Source: the human T2T-CHM13v2.0 reference genome, Homo sapiens
NCBI RefSeq assembly: GCF_009914755.1
Contig: NC_060932.1
DNA: 64,000 nt
Reading direction: 5' to 3' (one strand)
Shown here: positions 43,182 through 57,742 of the stretch, in pieces
Layout of the letters: each line of letters starts with the position of its first letter
Position numbering within the stretch: position 1 is the stretch's first letter
The notes under the pieces: generated by a model
Told to the model about the DNA's origin: nothing
Databases searched by the model: none
Seen by the model: the letters and a program-made list of their open reading frames with translations, nothing else
Position numbers and translations under genes: made by a program

Positions 43182-43358
43182 ATCCTTCGCCTCTTAAAAG
43201 GTCAGTCCTGCTGGACCAACCCAGGGCCTCACTGATGGGTAAAAATGATGAGGACAAAAGGTAGAACAATATAACTGGAGAAATCAGCATTTGACTCTGA
43301 TTGTTTCTTTCTCAGAAAATCACAGTATTAAACCAAACTAAAGAAAACTCATTCCTCA

Positions 43359-43665
43359 GGCTAGGTGCGGTGGCTCATGCCCACTTTGGGAGGCCAAGGT
43401 GTGATGATCACTTGAGCCCAGGAGTTTGAGACCAGCCTAGGCAAAAAAGTGAGGCATTGTCTTTACAAAAAATAATAAGAAATTAGCCAGGCATGGTGGT
43501 GTGCATTTGTAGTCCCAGCTACTCTGAAGGCCGAGGCCGGAGGATCCCTTGAACCCAGGAATTTGAGGCTGCAGTGATCTATGACCATCATTGCACTCCA
43601 GCCTGGTGACAGAGCAATACCCTGTCTCAAAACCAAACCAAAACAAACCAAACCGAAACAAAACA
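43359..43665 (+). mobile_element. AluJ (Jo/Jr-like) SINE
   Basis: J diagnostics; (CAAAC/A)n tail. Confidence 0.92.
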
Positions 43666-44479
43666 CAACCTTTTCTAAGATTCCAACAGTTGTCTATGTA
43701 TTTATATGTAAACCTCAGGTATTTTCTAGCTGCAACTTTTTTTCTACCTTCTACTCCTCCCTGTGTCCTGGGGATTGTTGACATTATTTTTTTTTCCCTA
43801 GCAACAGCTCCCTCTGGTTGGATTCAAAGTTAATACCACCTTTGAAAATTACATTTGAAAACATGCCAGCCCATTCTCTGTCCCAGGAGGCAGGCAAACA
43901 ATGAGATGACCAAGCATTCCATTCAGTTCCTGTATTATAAATCATAACTCACTTGGGTCAGTGGGAAGAAGGTGACTCTGTAGCTGATTTAAAGGACAGT
44001 TTTCAAATACAGGCTGCTGGCTCATTGCCGAGGCAAAGACAGGACTCAAAGCCCAGGTGCCTTTTCCATCCTTTTCCTAGCAATAGCTCCTGCCTTGACA
44101 TCTAAGCCTGGCTGTCTCTGTGGGGCGGGACAAAAACTTATCTATGCCTTTTCAAGCATGACTCATTGATCCTTTTATGTCTGTCCTCTGGATCTCTTTT
44201 GGGAACATGGTAATGACTGAATCTGAGATCATGGCTGTCCTTGGGGTATTCACTCAAGGCATCTGGTCCCTAAGATGTTCCCAAGGTACCTTTCTACTTG
44301 CAGGCTTTTTTGATCACCTTGTGAATTCACCGAGCATTCCATAGACTGTTTGCTCCTTCCCCTCCATTGTGTCTTTGGTCCTTTCCCTCTCTCTCATTAT
44401 CTCCTGGGCTAGGATGGTGTTGAGGTCATTGCATTAGGCAATGTCCCAGAAACAATGATCATAGCAGTATTTTTAGAGG

Positions 44480-44720
44480 AGTCTGTGTGATGTCATGGAA
44501 ATAGCATGCAGTGTTCAGCGATCCAGGCATGGGACACAAACTCTGCCTTGTCCATTTACCAGCTGGGAGAGTGACCTAAACCTATAGTGCCTCAGTTTCC
44601 CCATGAGCCCAGTGAGCATTATTATACTACTCACAGGGTTATGGTGATTAAATGACACAACATAAGCAGTTGCTTAGAGCAATTCATGGCACTTGCTAGA
44701 TCACTCAAAAATAGCCCATT
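44480..44720 (+). mobile_element. MIR SINE
   Basis: 'gtgcctcagtttcccc...ctcacagggttatggtgattaaatgac'. Confidence 0.65.
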
Positions 44721-45874
44721 TACTTTCCACTTCCCTTGAGCTTTTATTACAACATCTTGTTTGGAGATAATTAAAATGCAGCTGAGATTGCTTTCATGAG
44801 GAGCCAAGGGGCAATATTTCTCAAGTAATTATCATTGAAGGAGAATCAATGTGGGAAGGAGCATGTCAGATATATACCAGGCAACACAGCCTCTGGGGTC
44901 CTTCATTCCTCCTGTGTCTGTGGTGCTGGGTTGAGGTGTTGCAGATGGGATCTTCGTTTGGTGCTACACGGTTTCAGCCTCTGTGTGGCTCCCTCCACAG
45001 GTGGGACCATCTGACCTCCTGTTAGTATCCCTCAGACAACCCCCAGTATACTGTCAACCGGAGAGGAAGATGATTAGGAAGATGCCACTGCACAGTACTT
45101 GGTGGGGGAGACTATACTGGCTATGGAGTCACGCAGGCCTAGGTTGAAGCCTCATGATGTCCTGTACTAGTTATCTAAGCTTGACAAGTCACCCATCCCT
45201 CCAAGCCTCAATTTTCTCAGCTATAAACTGAGGTTGGCAATATCTACTTTTCTCCATGATACTTTATGTGACAAGGAAGGGAAAATCCAGTTCCAAATGG
45301 CTTCATAATAAAAGAAACATTGCATTTGATAACTACAAAGTCTAGAGGTAAGACTTCAGATATAGTTTGATCAGGGGTCTGGCTCCACTCCTCTGCACAA
45401 TTTTATTCCCATCCTATCTTCTGTGTTGGCTTCATCTTTAGGCCGGCTTCCTTTATATGTCAAGATACCTACATGTAGCAGCTTTCTCAGCTTGGATTGG
45501 ACCATCTTAGCTGACAGGATCAGTGCTGGCATCCAGATCATTTTCAGCCCAGCAAGCAGCTGGGGTCAGTGCTACTCAAATCATGGGCTATGCAGTGAGA
45601 GAGAGATGAGAGATGAAATAATGTTGGGAAGACAACTACCACACTACTCAGAGTGGGATTTTGAAGACTAAGGAACTACCGTGATAACACTCACAGTTGA
45701 TGGTTTTTGAGAACTGACTCTGTGTCAGGCAGATAATACCTTGCTTAATCTTCCCCAAGACCCAGGATCATGAATGTAACTATTAATAGCACTCTCAATA
45801 CATACCAATTTCTCCTCTATCATGCACCTCAGATTCCCCATCTCTGTTATCCACCCACTAGAATTATTAATCTG

Positions 45875-46380
45875 TATGGTGAGCTGAATGATGCCCCTCC
45901 CCCAAAATGTTCATATTTTAACCCTATCAGCTGTGAATATTACTTATATAGATAGCAAAGAGCCTTTGCAGATATAATTGGGTTAAAGATCTTGAAATGG
46001 GCAGACCATCTTGGATTACCTGAATGGACCCTAAATAGAATGATGGTATCCTTATGAGAGGGGTGCAGTGGGAGATTAGCAGAAGAAGAGAAGGTGATGT
46101 AATGATGGAAGCAGAGATTGGAGTGATGCATTTTGAAGGCAGAGGAAGGCGCCACAAGCCAAGATATACAGGCGGCCACTAGAAGCTAGGAAAAGGCAAG
46201 GAAACCAATTCCTTCCCTTCAGAGCTTAAAGAAGAAACCAGCCCTGGAAATACCTTAACTTTAGCCTAGTGAGACTGGTTTCAGACTTCTGACTTCTAGA
46301 ACTTGTAAGAGAATGAATTGGTATTGTTTTCAGCCACTGTGTTTATGATAACTCATCACAGCAGCAATAGGATACAATAT
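45875..46380 (+). mobile_element. MLT1D-like MaLR LTR
   Basis: 'ctttgcagatataattgggttaaagatcttgaaatggg...ctagaagctaggaaaaggcaaggaaac...cagcagcaatagga'. Confidence 0.85.
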
Positions 46381-46384
46381 ATTA

Positions 46385-46610
46385 TAATGATAGCGATCAA
46401 ACCAGACACTTATCTGAGTGTTTTTGTATTCTTACTTAATTCTCACAATAACGGTTGGTGGTCAGCAATATTCTTACTTTCATTTTATAGATGGGCAAAC
46501 TGAATCAAAAAGACATTATACAATTTGCCAAACACATACCATTCAGATGTGATGGAGTCAGGGCTTATGTCAGACAATCAGGCATCAGAATTGGTACTGC
46601 CATCCATTAC
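46385..46610 (-). mobile_element. MIR SINE
   Basis: 'cttaattctcacaataac...cattttatagatgggcaaactga'. Confidence 0.65.
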
Positions 46611-47944
46611 ACTATCTGTTGGTTCATCATGCATAATTTCTCCCTTATCTATCCCTTCCCTCTTGCCAACTGCTTGCCCACCCTGTGTTTGTTCGGTAGA
46701 CCAGATTTTTGCCGTTCTTAGCACTCCCCCTTATGCCAGGCTCTGTCTTGCCCATGAGCAGAACAAATGTCCTGACTTCTCTCTGTCTTCTCTCATCCCA
46801 ATAACCAACATTTCTTCTACCTAGTGCCAAATGTCTACCATGTAAAACAAGTGATCCCTTTGGTTAGTTTTATTAGCCTGGGGCTCTGTTGAAAGGGCAG
46901 TGTAATCAGGCAAATGTGATGCAGTGCCAGCAACCTGGCACCCACTGTGTTTCCCAACTACTCTAGAAGGCAAGTTTTGTTGTTATCCCCATTTCACAGA
47001 TGTGGCAATGGAGACCTAGAGAATCCAGGAAAGTCATTCAACTGGTCATTGGTAAGGGTTGGATCCAAACCTAGGCAGTGTGCCATGAGACCCTGTGACC
47101 TTGTCCATCACCTGCAGCTCTAACTGCACAGGGCTTAGGTGAGTTTAGTCTAAAGGTAAACTCCATAAGAGTGCAAAGAAGATCATCTGCACACAAGCCT
47201 CACAGCACATGTGTAGGCGCTCTCTGCTCTCTGAGCATCAGTGCCTCATCTACAAAGTGGAAGAAAATAATAACAACTGCCTTATCGAGTTGTTATAATG
47301 ATTTAATCAGGTGATGATAAAGCATATAGAGTTCATGTCTTACTCCATGGCAGAAAATAAGTGCTCAAAATTAGTTACTATTTTATACATTTGCTTAAAC
47401 ATCATATATACATAAGCGTGAGAGGCCAATGTGGCTGCTGGTGGGGATGGACAGAGAAACAAAATATCAACTATGAGGAAGGAATGTCAACCAGGAGCCC
47501 AAGCCAAGAGCCGTGAGACAGACCCTCTAGTAGCTGGTGTTGCTGTGGAGTACAGGTGTCTCTTACTCAGACAGCTTCCTGCTCCTGAACAAGGAGCAGC
47601 AGAGATGAATTTATGTAACTAGATGTTGCAAGTTGTGCCTGGCACCCAGCTTGTGAGTAAGGCAGATCCAGGAGATGCAGCTAAGAACACCTTTCCTGGA
47701 GTCAGGGATCGGGTGGGGAAGGTCTGATGGAGAATATGGACGGCCGTTTTGCCTTAAAGACACCACAGTGGCATTGACTTGTGATATTGAGTGGCTTGGA
47801 GAAGTCAGTCCGTGGGGGTTGGGATTGGGGAGTGAAGTTAGGGTGGATGCTGGGTCTGCGAAGTGGGGAATCCACAGACTAGGAAGTTGGGAGGTAGAAC
47901 AAGTCAAAGGTAAGGTGAAAATGAGCCCCACTGTGCTCGGATGC

Positions 47945-48130
47945 TTGCAGTATGGGAGAATTCCTGTTCACATGTTGTCTGAGAAAACTATGGATTACCT
48001 CTTGCAGACAGAACTAGTAGACGCTGGGCATGGAACTGATTAGTGAGTTTGAATTTTGAGTTTCATCAAAGGCTTTGACACTGTACTGCCCAAATCAGAA
48101 ACCTTTATGAATTCATAACATGTTGGATTA
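47945..48130 (+). mobile_element. CR1/L3-like reverse-transcriptase fragment
   Basis: ELVDAGHGTD..ILSFIKGFDTV resembles CR1 xLVDxGKAVDVIYLDFSKAFDTV. Confidence 0.5.
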
Positions 48131-48443
48131 ATGCCAAAATTTTTTCCCACCAAAGACACCTGTAAATATTTTCCCACAGTGAACTGCATGTTTCAAATAA
48201 TCTTTTAATACAGCACATTTATTAAATTATACTTTTTTGTTTTGTATGAAATAACTACTTGCTAAGTGGAGATATAACTTCGGAAAAAAGAGAAAATGAC
48301 TCTTTAATCAGAAAATGTAGGACATGCTTGCCAGTCTTTTTGAGATATTACAAGTAGCTCAAGTAGCTTCTAACTTCCTTCATGGTCCCCAACTAGGAAA
48401 CATCAAGAGTAAAGGAAGAAAAGCAGAAACAGAGTTTAAATGA

Positions 48444-48833
<390 letters not shown>

Positions 48834-48919
48834 TGTGAAGGTTAATTTTATGTGTCAACTTGGCTAGGTTATAGTGCCAGTTATTTAGTAAAATATTAGT
48901 CTAGGTGTTGGGAAGGTGG

Positions 48920-49286
<367 letters not shown>

Positions 49287-49500
49287 TAATGTGAGTGGGC
49301 CTCATTCAATCAGTTGAAGGCCTTCACAGCAAAAACTCAGGTTTCCCAGAGAAGAAAAAATAATGCTGCCTCAGGATTGAGTTTCCTTTCTGAGTTTCCA
49401 GCCAGCCAGCTGGCCCTACACATTTTGGACTTGCCAGCCCCACAATCACTTTAGATAATTCTTTAAAATAAATCTCTCTCCCTCTCCTTGGCCCCCTCTC

Positions 49501-49503
<3 letters not shown>

Positions 49504-49545
<42 letters not shown>
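49504..49545. repeat. (CA)n microsatellite
   Basis: Directly visible. Confidence 0.95.
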
Positions 49546-49547
<2 letters not shown>

Positions 49548-50699
49548 CTACCTGTTTCCTGTTCATTCTGTTTCTCTGAAGAACCCTGAGGTTCTCCAGA
49601 TACAATGGCCATGAACAACAAAGTCAGGCTCATTTAGACCTATAACATGTATACATGCACATCTATATGCTGATGTTCAAGGGTCTAAGACCATGCATAT
49701 CTTATATTATGCATAAGGTTGCTGCAGGTCCATTGTGCACCAAACCTCATCATTAAACCTGATAAATAAAAGCATCATGTGTATGGTCATTTACTTGTTA
49801 AATAAACAAGTATGTATTGAGTACTTACTATGTGTCAAGTTCATATAAGCATCTTTCAATTGAATATAGATGTTGTTGCATATAATCACATGCAAATGAA
49901 TCCAGAAAGATTTTTGAATTCATAGTCCTTTATTTATTTGAATTGCTAATAGATTCAGAAGTGCGATTATTCTCATGTGGGTGTTCGTGATGATTTTTGA
50001 TATTAAAAAGCCTTCTTTGTGTTGGTAAAGGTTGAGAATCAACAACAGGTAGCACTTGGCTTATAAAATATGAATTACAGAATGGATGCAATATACCCCA
50101 CTAGAATTCTGGTGGAGTCTGAAGGGGATATCAGTCACATCTCATCTGCTCTGATTCCCCATACAAATGATAAATGGGCACTAGAGTTACATATGAATCA
50201 AAATAATTAACTTTAACACTGGTAATGCTGTATTCAAGGAGGGGGCGTGGACCCAAGGCTCAAATGGCCTGCAGTGTTTTCCCCTTGAACTGAACTTACC
50301 ACCAGGCCATAGATGGAGCAGGTGGCCAAATACATGCCTTGTCCCATCTCAACCTCTATGGTAGCAACTGCCCTGAATGTTTACCCTAAGGCAGAGGGAG
50401 CTGGGAGAAGAATACAGGGCAGGTTAGAGTGGGGAGGGGAGGGAAGAGAGAACCAAAAATACTCATGTATCTTGCTCAGTGCTTCTTGCTCATAAATGTA
50501 CCAAACAGATTCATCACTTCTTTTCCTGGGAAAGGATTAAAGGGAGTGTTTCACTGTGGAAACTGAGGCACATAGTAATGCCCCAATGAAACTACAGCAT
50601 TTCCTATAGGCCTCTCAATCTTCCAATTTTTTGGTAAAGATGACCTAGGAGGAAACACTCCCAAATAAGTTCCTGGAGAAGTAGAAAGGACTCTGGGGT

Positions 50700-50930
50700 A
50701 AGGCAGGATGATTTTTGCTAAGCAGAGCTCTGTCATTTATTAGCGGGGTCACTTTGAGCAGTTCACCTAACCTCTCTATGCCTTAGTTTCTGAGGTTGTA
50801 AATGGGGGAGGGGGTAATAACAATGTCTACCTCAAAATTGGTATGCAAATTATATAAATTACTACATGAAAAGCACTAGGAACAGTATCTGGCTTACAGT
50901 ATTCATTGAATTAGTGTTAAATATTATTAA
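50700..50930 (+). mobile_element. MIR SINE
   Basis: 'cacctaacctctctatgccttagtttc...aaagcactaggaacagtatctggc'. Confidence 0.7.
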
Positions 50931-51209
50931 ATTGAGATGATCTTATTGATGCAGTAAGACTATGTATAAGAATTTTTAAGTGATTATAACCAAAGTAAAG
51001 CCTGTCCTTTAGACTCTTTCATTCATTTATTCAAAGCATATATTGAGAGCCTTCTATAGGCCAGTCACTGTGCCAGGAAGACAGAAATGCAGAGTAGAAA
51101 TATTCACTGTCCTCAAGACATTGAGATTCTAGTGAAAGAAATAGTTAAGGAAACAATGACAATCTATAGTAATAAAAATGGTGAAAGAGGTGTATTCAAA
51201 GGACAGCAC

Positions 51210-51745
51210 TGTGATGACTAATTTTATGTGTTAGCTTGACTGGGTCATGGGGTGCCCAGGTATTTAGTCACATGTTATTGGGTGTTCTTACGAGGGTGTG
51301 TTTAGATGAGATTAATGTTTAAATTGGTGGACTGAGAAAGCAGATTTCCCTCCCTAACGGCAGTGGGCCTCATCCTGTCAGTCGATGGCCTGAATAGAAC
51401 AAAAGTGCTGACTGACTCTCCCCTGAATAAGAGACAATTTCTCCTGTCTGACTGCCTTTGAACTGGGACATTGTTTTTTTCTGCCTTTGATGTCAAGTTG
51501 AAACATAGGCTCTTTCTGGGTCTTTAGCCTGCTGGCCTTTGGACTAGAACTACACTATTGGTGCTCCTGGTTCTCAGAACTTTGGGCTTGAACTGGAACT
51601 ATGCCATTGGCTCTCCTGGTTCTCCAAATTGCCTATTCACCCTGCATCCTGCATCTCTTGAGACTTGTTAGCCTCCACATGATGTGAGCCAAATCCTATT
51701 CTTTCTCTCTCTCTTGCTTCTGTTTCTCTGGAGAACCCTATTACA
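51210..51745 (+). mobile_element. MLT2B-like ERVL solo LTR
   Basis: tgtgatgactaattttatgtgttagcttgactggg...tctctggagaaccctattaca; TSD agcac/agctc. Confidence 0.85.
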
Positions 51746-51889
51746 AGCTCCTTGCCCAGGTTGGAGGGAGGATTATAGGAGACTTTCTGGAAGGAGGAAA
51801 AACCATATAAACCCAACGTTACCGAAGTGAAGGAAGGAGGATTTCAGGGACAAGGGAGCATTTTACAGTACTACAATTACAGACTGGAC

Positions 51890-52219
51890 AAATGGGACGA
51901 GTAATGAAAAGTGTCACTTGGGTTTGGCAACAAAAAGATCATTGGTCAAGAGTGGTGTCTGTGGAGTGATGAGGGAAGAAGTTCAGTTGTAGGGGGTTGA
52001 GGTACCAGGTGAGGTTGAGGAAGTGTGCATAGGAAGTATAGACAACTCATTTCAGATGCTTGACTGTGAAAGGAATGAGAAGGATGAGTCTGTACCTGTG
52101 AGAATGCTGTGAGCTCAAAGAGGGCTTGTGCTGAGATAAAGGAGAGTTGAGTGTGTTTAAAGCTGAAGGGAAGGGGCAAGTAGGAAAGGAGGGGATAATG
52201 ATGAGGATGATGAGAGATT

Positions 52220-52264
<45 letters not shown>

Positions 52265-52545
52265 AGAGAGATCATCATCAATATTCCAAGGTACCCGTGG
52301 AGCTGGGAGGCTGGATTCATGCTGGGATTTTTCTCAGACCAGAGGGAGTCCTATGAGGAGCCTCTTTGGGGCCAGGAGGGTAGGTGACAAGCAAAGGATG
52401 GAGGCAGGTTTTTGTGTAGGCCTGGGATTGGGATGTTGGGGAATTCCCACCTGATGGCTTTTGGCTCCTCTGTGCAGTAGATGCAAGGGCATCTTCTATG
52501 TGGGGCGTAAGAGGATAGAGTATAGGAGGCTTGGAAAGAGAGCAA
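51890..52545 (-). mobile_element. L2 fragment with (GA)n microsatellite (52212-52270)
   Basis: 'gggtttggcaacaaaaagatcattggt', 'gtatagacaactcatttcag' are antisense L2 motifs. Confidence 0.6.
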
Positions 52546-52547
52546 GA

Positions 52548-52922
52548 TGATATGGTTTGGCTCTGTGTCCCCACCCAAATCTCATCTCAAATTGTAATCC
52601 CCACCTGTTGAGGGAGGGGCCTGCAATCCCCAAGTGTCAAGCGAGGGAGGTGATTGGTTCATGGGGGCAGCGTCTCCCATGCAGTTCTCATGACAGTGAG
52701 TTCTAATGAGATCTGATGGTTTTGTGTTTGGCAGTTCCTCCTTCACATGCTTTCTCTCCTGCTGCCTTGTGAAGAAGGTGCCTGCTTTCCCTTCCACCAT
52801 GACTGTAACTTTCCTGAGGCCTCCCCAGCCATGTGTAACTGTAAGTCAATTCAACCTGTTTCCTTTATAAATTACCCAGTCTGGGGTATTTCTTTATAGC
52901 AGTGTGAAAACAGACTGATACA
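52548..52922 (+). mobile_element. THE1D-like MaLR solo LTR
   Basis: tgatatggtttggctctgtgtccccacccaaatctcatc...cagactgataca; TSD caaga/caagg. Confidence 0.9.
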
Positions 52923-53178
52923 CAAGGCATGTAAAAGAACCACTGTGGGGGAAAAGATGAGCAGTCCAAATGGGGAAGCCAGGAGGACTGCCCTGCATCT
53001 TTAAGGTCCCAGGAAAGCCAGAGACTTGGAAAGTATGAGGCCATTAATCCACGTGTTCATGGGCTGTCACAGAAGAGATTTTAGAGATCACTTGGTATGA
53101 TTGTTCCTCTTTTCCAGCCTCTTCTCATTTTACATATGAGCAAACTGAGGACCAGAAAAAATTCGAAGTATCTCCCTG

Positions 53179-53602
53179 TGTGTTAGTCTGTTCTTGTGTT
53201 GCTATAAAGGAATAGCTCAGGCTGGGTAATTTATAAAGAAAAGAGGTTTAATTGGCTCACAGTTCTGCAGGCTGGACAGGAAGCATGGTGCCAGCATCTG
53301 CTTCTGGAAAGGGCCTCAGGAAGCTTACAATCATGGCAGAAGGCAAAGGGAGAGCTGATGTATTATACGTCGAGAGTGGGAGCAAGAGAGAGGTGGTGGG
53401 AGGCGCCACACATTTTTAAACGGTTAGATCTCACATGAACTCAGAACAAGAACTCACTCATTACCATGGGGATGGCACCAAGACATTCATAAGGGATCCA
53501 CCCTCAAGACCAAAACACCTCCTACTACTAGGCCCCACCTCCAACACAGGAAGTCACATTTCAACAGGAGATTCGGAGGTGACAAATATCCAAACCATAT
53601 CA
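53179..53602 (-). mobile_element. MSTA/MSTB MaLR solo LTR
   Basis: tgtgttagtc...aatatccaaaccatatca; perfect TSD CCCTG. Confidence 0.92.
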
Positions 53603-54989
53603 CCCTGTGAACTAACAGCAGAGCATAAAAGAACCCAAGTCCCTGGGCTCCCAGACTCCTATCTTTTTCCCTCAGCACACAGCAATTTCTGCTTTGATCC
53701 TTGGCAGAATATTTGGTGTTTGATGCTAACATGGTGGCAGGTTACATTTCCAATACATGCAGGTCTTTTTCCTCTGTTTGAATTGTCTCTCCCTTGCAGA
53801 TTAAATGAAGGGTTCTTTGTGAGTTTACAACTCATATATCACTGTGCGATGGCCAAATTGGATACTACGCTGCTCACGTCCCATTACTTAATGAGATGCA
53901 GGGCCTTTGTTCCCTCATTCTGCTTTGCAAACAAACATTCTGTCCTGCCCAGGCACCATTGAGACTGTCTGCATCCACCTAAAGACAAGACAAACTGCAG
54001 AGGAGACTTCCAGAAATGCTGATCAGGAAATAGATATGTGCTATTTTAAAAATAATAAACCAGTAGTTGATTGAAAATGTAATAGAATAATAGAATAGCT
54101 AGAAATTTGACCAAGCATGAATAAGCCAAAGGCTCCCAATGCACTGTGAATTAATCATCAATACATATATTGGTAGAAGACAGTTTCAATGCATACATCA
54201 AAGGAAGGGCAGAACACTCAAAAAGCCTTAGCTAATCAGAATAAGTAAATCCATTTCAAGGTGAAATTCACTTTATAAGAAAAAATGAATTATCCTAGGT
54301 GCTTGGGAGCCTAGGGTATTTCTAGCTCAGCATTCACACTAAGGAGGCACGTAAACACATTATTTGCTAAATGGATTGGAACTCCGGTTAGAGTTCTGTC
54401 CTGCTGTGAAATCTTGCTTCTTTGTTCTTGAGACTTTTCCAGATATAGCAAATTGCCCTTCAGATGAGTCCATGAGGGCATGGTACAAACAAATTCACAA
54501 AAATACTCACGTTCTCCTGAGAGCATGAGTACAGTGTTGAAAGGCACCCAAGGCAATTCCTGCATTCTTTGGTTCATTGAACTCAATTATTTATTGAGTA
54601 CCTACATATGTAAGCACCACTGTGGTAAATGCTAGGGTTACAAAGATAAATTGGGTCTCTGGTGTTGAAGAAAAGACAGACAGGAAAGTATTTCATACAC
54701 TCATGAAGTTGAGAATATGAGAAGACCATCTCTGTTCTGTGGGCAGGAAGTTTCAGAGAAGGGGAGATCACATGAAAATAGTAATTGGTAGCACTTTAAT
54801 CCTGCCAATTAGAGAGCCTTGTAATAATAGCTATCAGTCCCCTCCCACCTCACCAATCAAATGCTGGGGAAGAGAAAGCAAAGGGTGGAGAAGGAAGTCG
54901 GACGTGGTTCTGTGGTGGGGTTTTTCAAAGGAGACATGAAACATGAGAACTGGAGAGGAGAAATTCCTCTGATAATGGGATGTGGGTAG

Positions 54990-55498
54990 ATCTAACACCA
55001 GGCAAGAGCCAAACTCTCTTCCGGGCTCCATCTCTTCCACTGCCCTCCCCCTTTTCCCTCTCAGCTCTGCTGTCCCTGTGCAGGGGCCTTGTTCTCTCCT
55101 CCACAGCTGGGTTCCTCCAAGTGGCGGGGAAAATGGCTGCCAGCAGTTCTAGTCCAACACCATTCTAACCTAGGAACCTAGTTGAAAGGGAAAACGTCCT
55201 TCCCCGAGTGTTCAGGAAACATCCCATGAAAGGTGTCTGGCCTTGCTTAGTCATGTGACTGTCTCTTGAACCAATCAAAGTTGCCAAATGTCTGAAATAC
55301 AAAGACTGGACAGATCCAAAGCAGAAGCCTGAAAGAGAGGATGCTGTAGATGAGAGCTCCTTCAGAACACATGGAGTGGTGGGAGGGGGGAACATTTCCT
55401 CAGAGAAATTGATGTCATGATCAGAAAACCAGAGAAAGGTATTGGGAAGGTAAACACCAACACCACAAGCAAATCAAAACAATCAGATGTCTACTGTG
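54990..55498 (-). mobile_element. Old MLT1 (J/K/L-like) LTR fragment
   Basis: 'aaaatggctgccagcagttct', 'ggccttgcttagtcatgtgactgtctcttgaaccaatca'. Confidence 0.5.
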
Positions 55499-55874
55499 TA
55501 AGAGAACCAGCCTTTTGAGATGTAGAAATATTGACATGTTTGACTCTTTGGCTTCTCTTAAGGCAGTCCTTTAAGTCAGGTCTTCCTAAAATCTTCCTAG
55601 CCTCATGAAACAGAGTCCTGCTGTGAACTGACTAAGCTGACCCCAGAAGAAAGTGAGTAACTCCAGGGCTCCAACAGCCCCAGGCCTTTCCTTGTTGCCT
55701 TAGAGCCAAGAGGATTAATATCTTGACCCAACTATTTATTACCCTTAGTCAGGAGGCACTGCTTTATGTCATTTGTACCCGTAAGACTCTGAGGAAGGAA
55801 TTCATTTAGCCAATAATGGTAATCTGTTCTGTAACAACATGGTGTGAAGACAGTTAAAGGACAGTGACTTGTAG

Positions 55875-56870
55875 TGAATGCTCACATGGAGGCAGGTACC
55901 CTAGCACCCACTAGCACCCTGCCACAGCTGAAGAGTATGCACCCCACCACACCGCCACTGCTGCTAGCATGTGTGAAGGAGGACGGATCCTGTTGCCACT
56001 GCACTATGAAATACTTTGGCTGGTACCATCCATTGGAGTGTAGTGACCAAGTCCTGGAGCACCTCATTCTCCCGCTAGAGCAGTGGATTCCTAAACTTCA
56101 GAAGCAATAGAACAAAGTTGCGGCCTGACACAAGTCCCCCAGAGTTAGAGCACACAGTCCAGGAGTTAGAAGCTGAGTGTTAGCCCACTAAAATCTTCCA
56201 GAAATGATGCCCATTGACTGAATCTACCTTATCCCACAATCAAACATTTGAGGTCATCAAATAGGAAAAAAGGTCGGGGGGAACTATCCAAAGGTTAGCA
56301 ACTTCAAAGATCAAAGAAACAGCCCAGAAAGATGAGAAAGAACCAAGACAAGAACTTTGACAACTCAAAAAGCCAGAGTGCCTTCTTTCCTGCAAACAAC
56401 CACACCACCTCTCCAGCAAGGGCTCTGAGCCGGGCTGAGATGGCTGAAATAACAGAAATAAGACTTGAAATATGGATGATATGAATATCATTGAGATGCA
56501 GGAGTACACTGAAACCTAATCCATGCAAAGAATCACAATAAAACAATACAGGAGCTGAAAAAATAGCCAGTATAGAAAAGACTGTAACCGACTAGATAGA
56601 GCTGAAAAACACACTATAAGAATTTCGTGAGGTGATCAGAAGTATTAATAGCAGAATAGATCAAGCTGAGGAAATAATCTCAGAGCTTGAAGACTAGCTT
56701 TCTGATATAAGACAGTCAGAAAAGAATAGGGAAAAAGAATGAAAAGGAGTGAACAAAACCTCTGAGAAATATGAGATTATGTAAAGAGACTGAATCTATG
56801 ACTCACTGATGTCCCTGAAAGAAATGGGGAGAGTGTAAGTAACTTGGAAAACGTATTTCAGGATATCATA
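55875..56870 (+). mobile_element. L1PA15/16-like 5'UTR and ORF1 start
   Basis: ORF1 ATG at 56332 (MRKNQDKNFDNSKSQSA...), followed by frameshifted coiled-coil ORF1 remnants. Confidence 0.82.
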
Positions 56871-57034
56871 TGTATTAGTCAGGGTTCTCTAGAGGGACAG
56901 AACTAATAGGATAGATGTATATATAAAAGGGAGTTTATTAAGGAGTATTGACTGACACCGTCACAAAGTGAAGTTCCACAATAGGCTGTCTGCAAGCTGA
57001 GGAGCAAGGAAGCCAGTCTAAGTCCCAAAACCTC
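56871..57034 (-). mobile_element. MLT2A (A2-like) LTR, 3' fragment only
   Basis: 'tgtattagtcagggttctctagagggacagaactaatagga...', the reverse complement of the 12516-13024 LTR end. Confidence 0.88.
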
Positions 57035-57095
57035 TGATTGTGATTGTATTCTGAGATTCTTGAAGTGAGTTTTTTAGCTCTATCAGCTCAGTTTA

Positions 57096-57742
57096 GTTTT
57101 TATTTTATTTTATTTTTTTAATTTTAATTTAATTTTATTATTATTATACATTAAGTTTTAGGGTACATGTGCACAATGTGCAGGTTTGTTACATATGTAT
57201 ACATGTGCCATGCTGGTGTGCTGCACCCATTAACTCGTCATTTAGCATTAGGTATATCTCCTGAAGCTATCCCTCCCCCCTCCCCCCGCCCCACAACAGT
57301 CTCCAGAGTGTGATGTTCCCCTTCCTGTGTCCATGTGTTCTCATTGTTCAATTCCCACCTATGAGTGAGAATATGCTGTGTTTGGTTTTTTGTTCTTGCT
57401 ATAGTTTACTGAGAATGTTGATTTCCAATTTCATCCATGTCCCTACAAAGGACGTGAACTCATCATTTTTTATGGCTGCATAGTATTCCATGGTGTATAT
57501 GTGCCACATTTTCTTAATCCAGTCTATCACTGTTGGACATTTGGCTTGGTTCCAAGTCTTTGCTATTGTGAATAGTGCCGCAATAAACATACGTGTGCAT
57601 GTGTCTTTATAGCAGCATGACTTATAGTCCTTCGGGTATATACCCAGTAATGGGATGGCTGGGTCAAATGGTATTTCTAGTTCTAGATCCCTGAGGAATT
57701 GCCACACTGACTTCCACAGTGGTTGAACTAGTTTACAGTCCC
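57096..57742 (-). mobile_element. L1PA3-like 3' fragment
   Basis: Low-divergence L1PA 3'UTR; minus ORF 57399-57707 is the L1 ORF2 C-terminus (WQFLRDLELEIPFDPAIPLLGIYP...). Confidence 0.95.

Noticed and set aside
53435-53962. Longest ORF (175 aa)
   Set aside because: It starts inside an antisense MST LTR and runs into flanking DNA; no recognisable domain.
57399-57707. Well-conserved 102-aa protein-like ORF
   Set aside because: It is the C-terminus of L1 ORF2p in a 5'-truncated L1PA fragment, not a host gene, and cannot retrotranspose.
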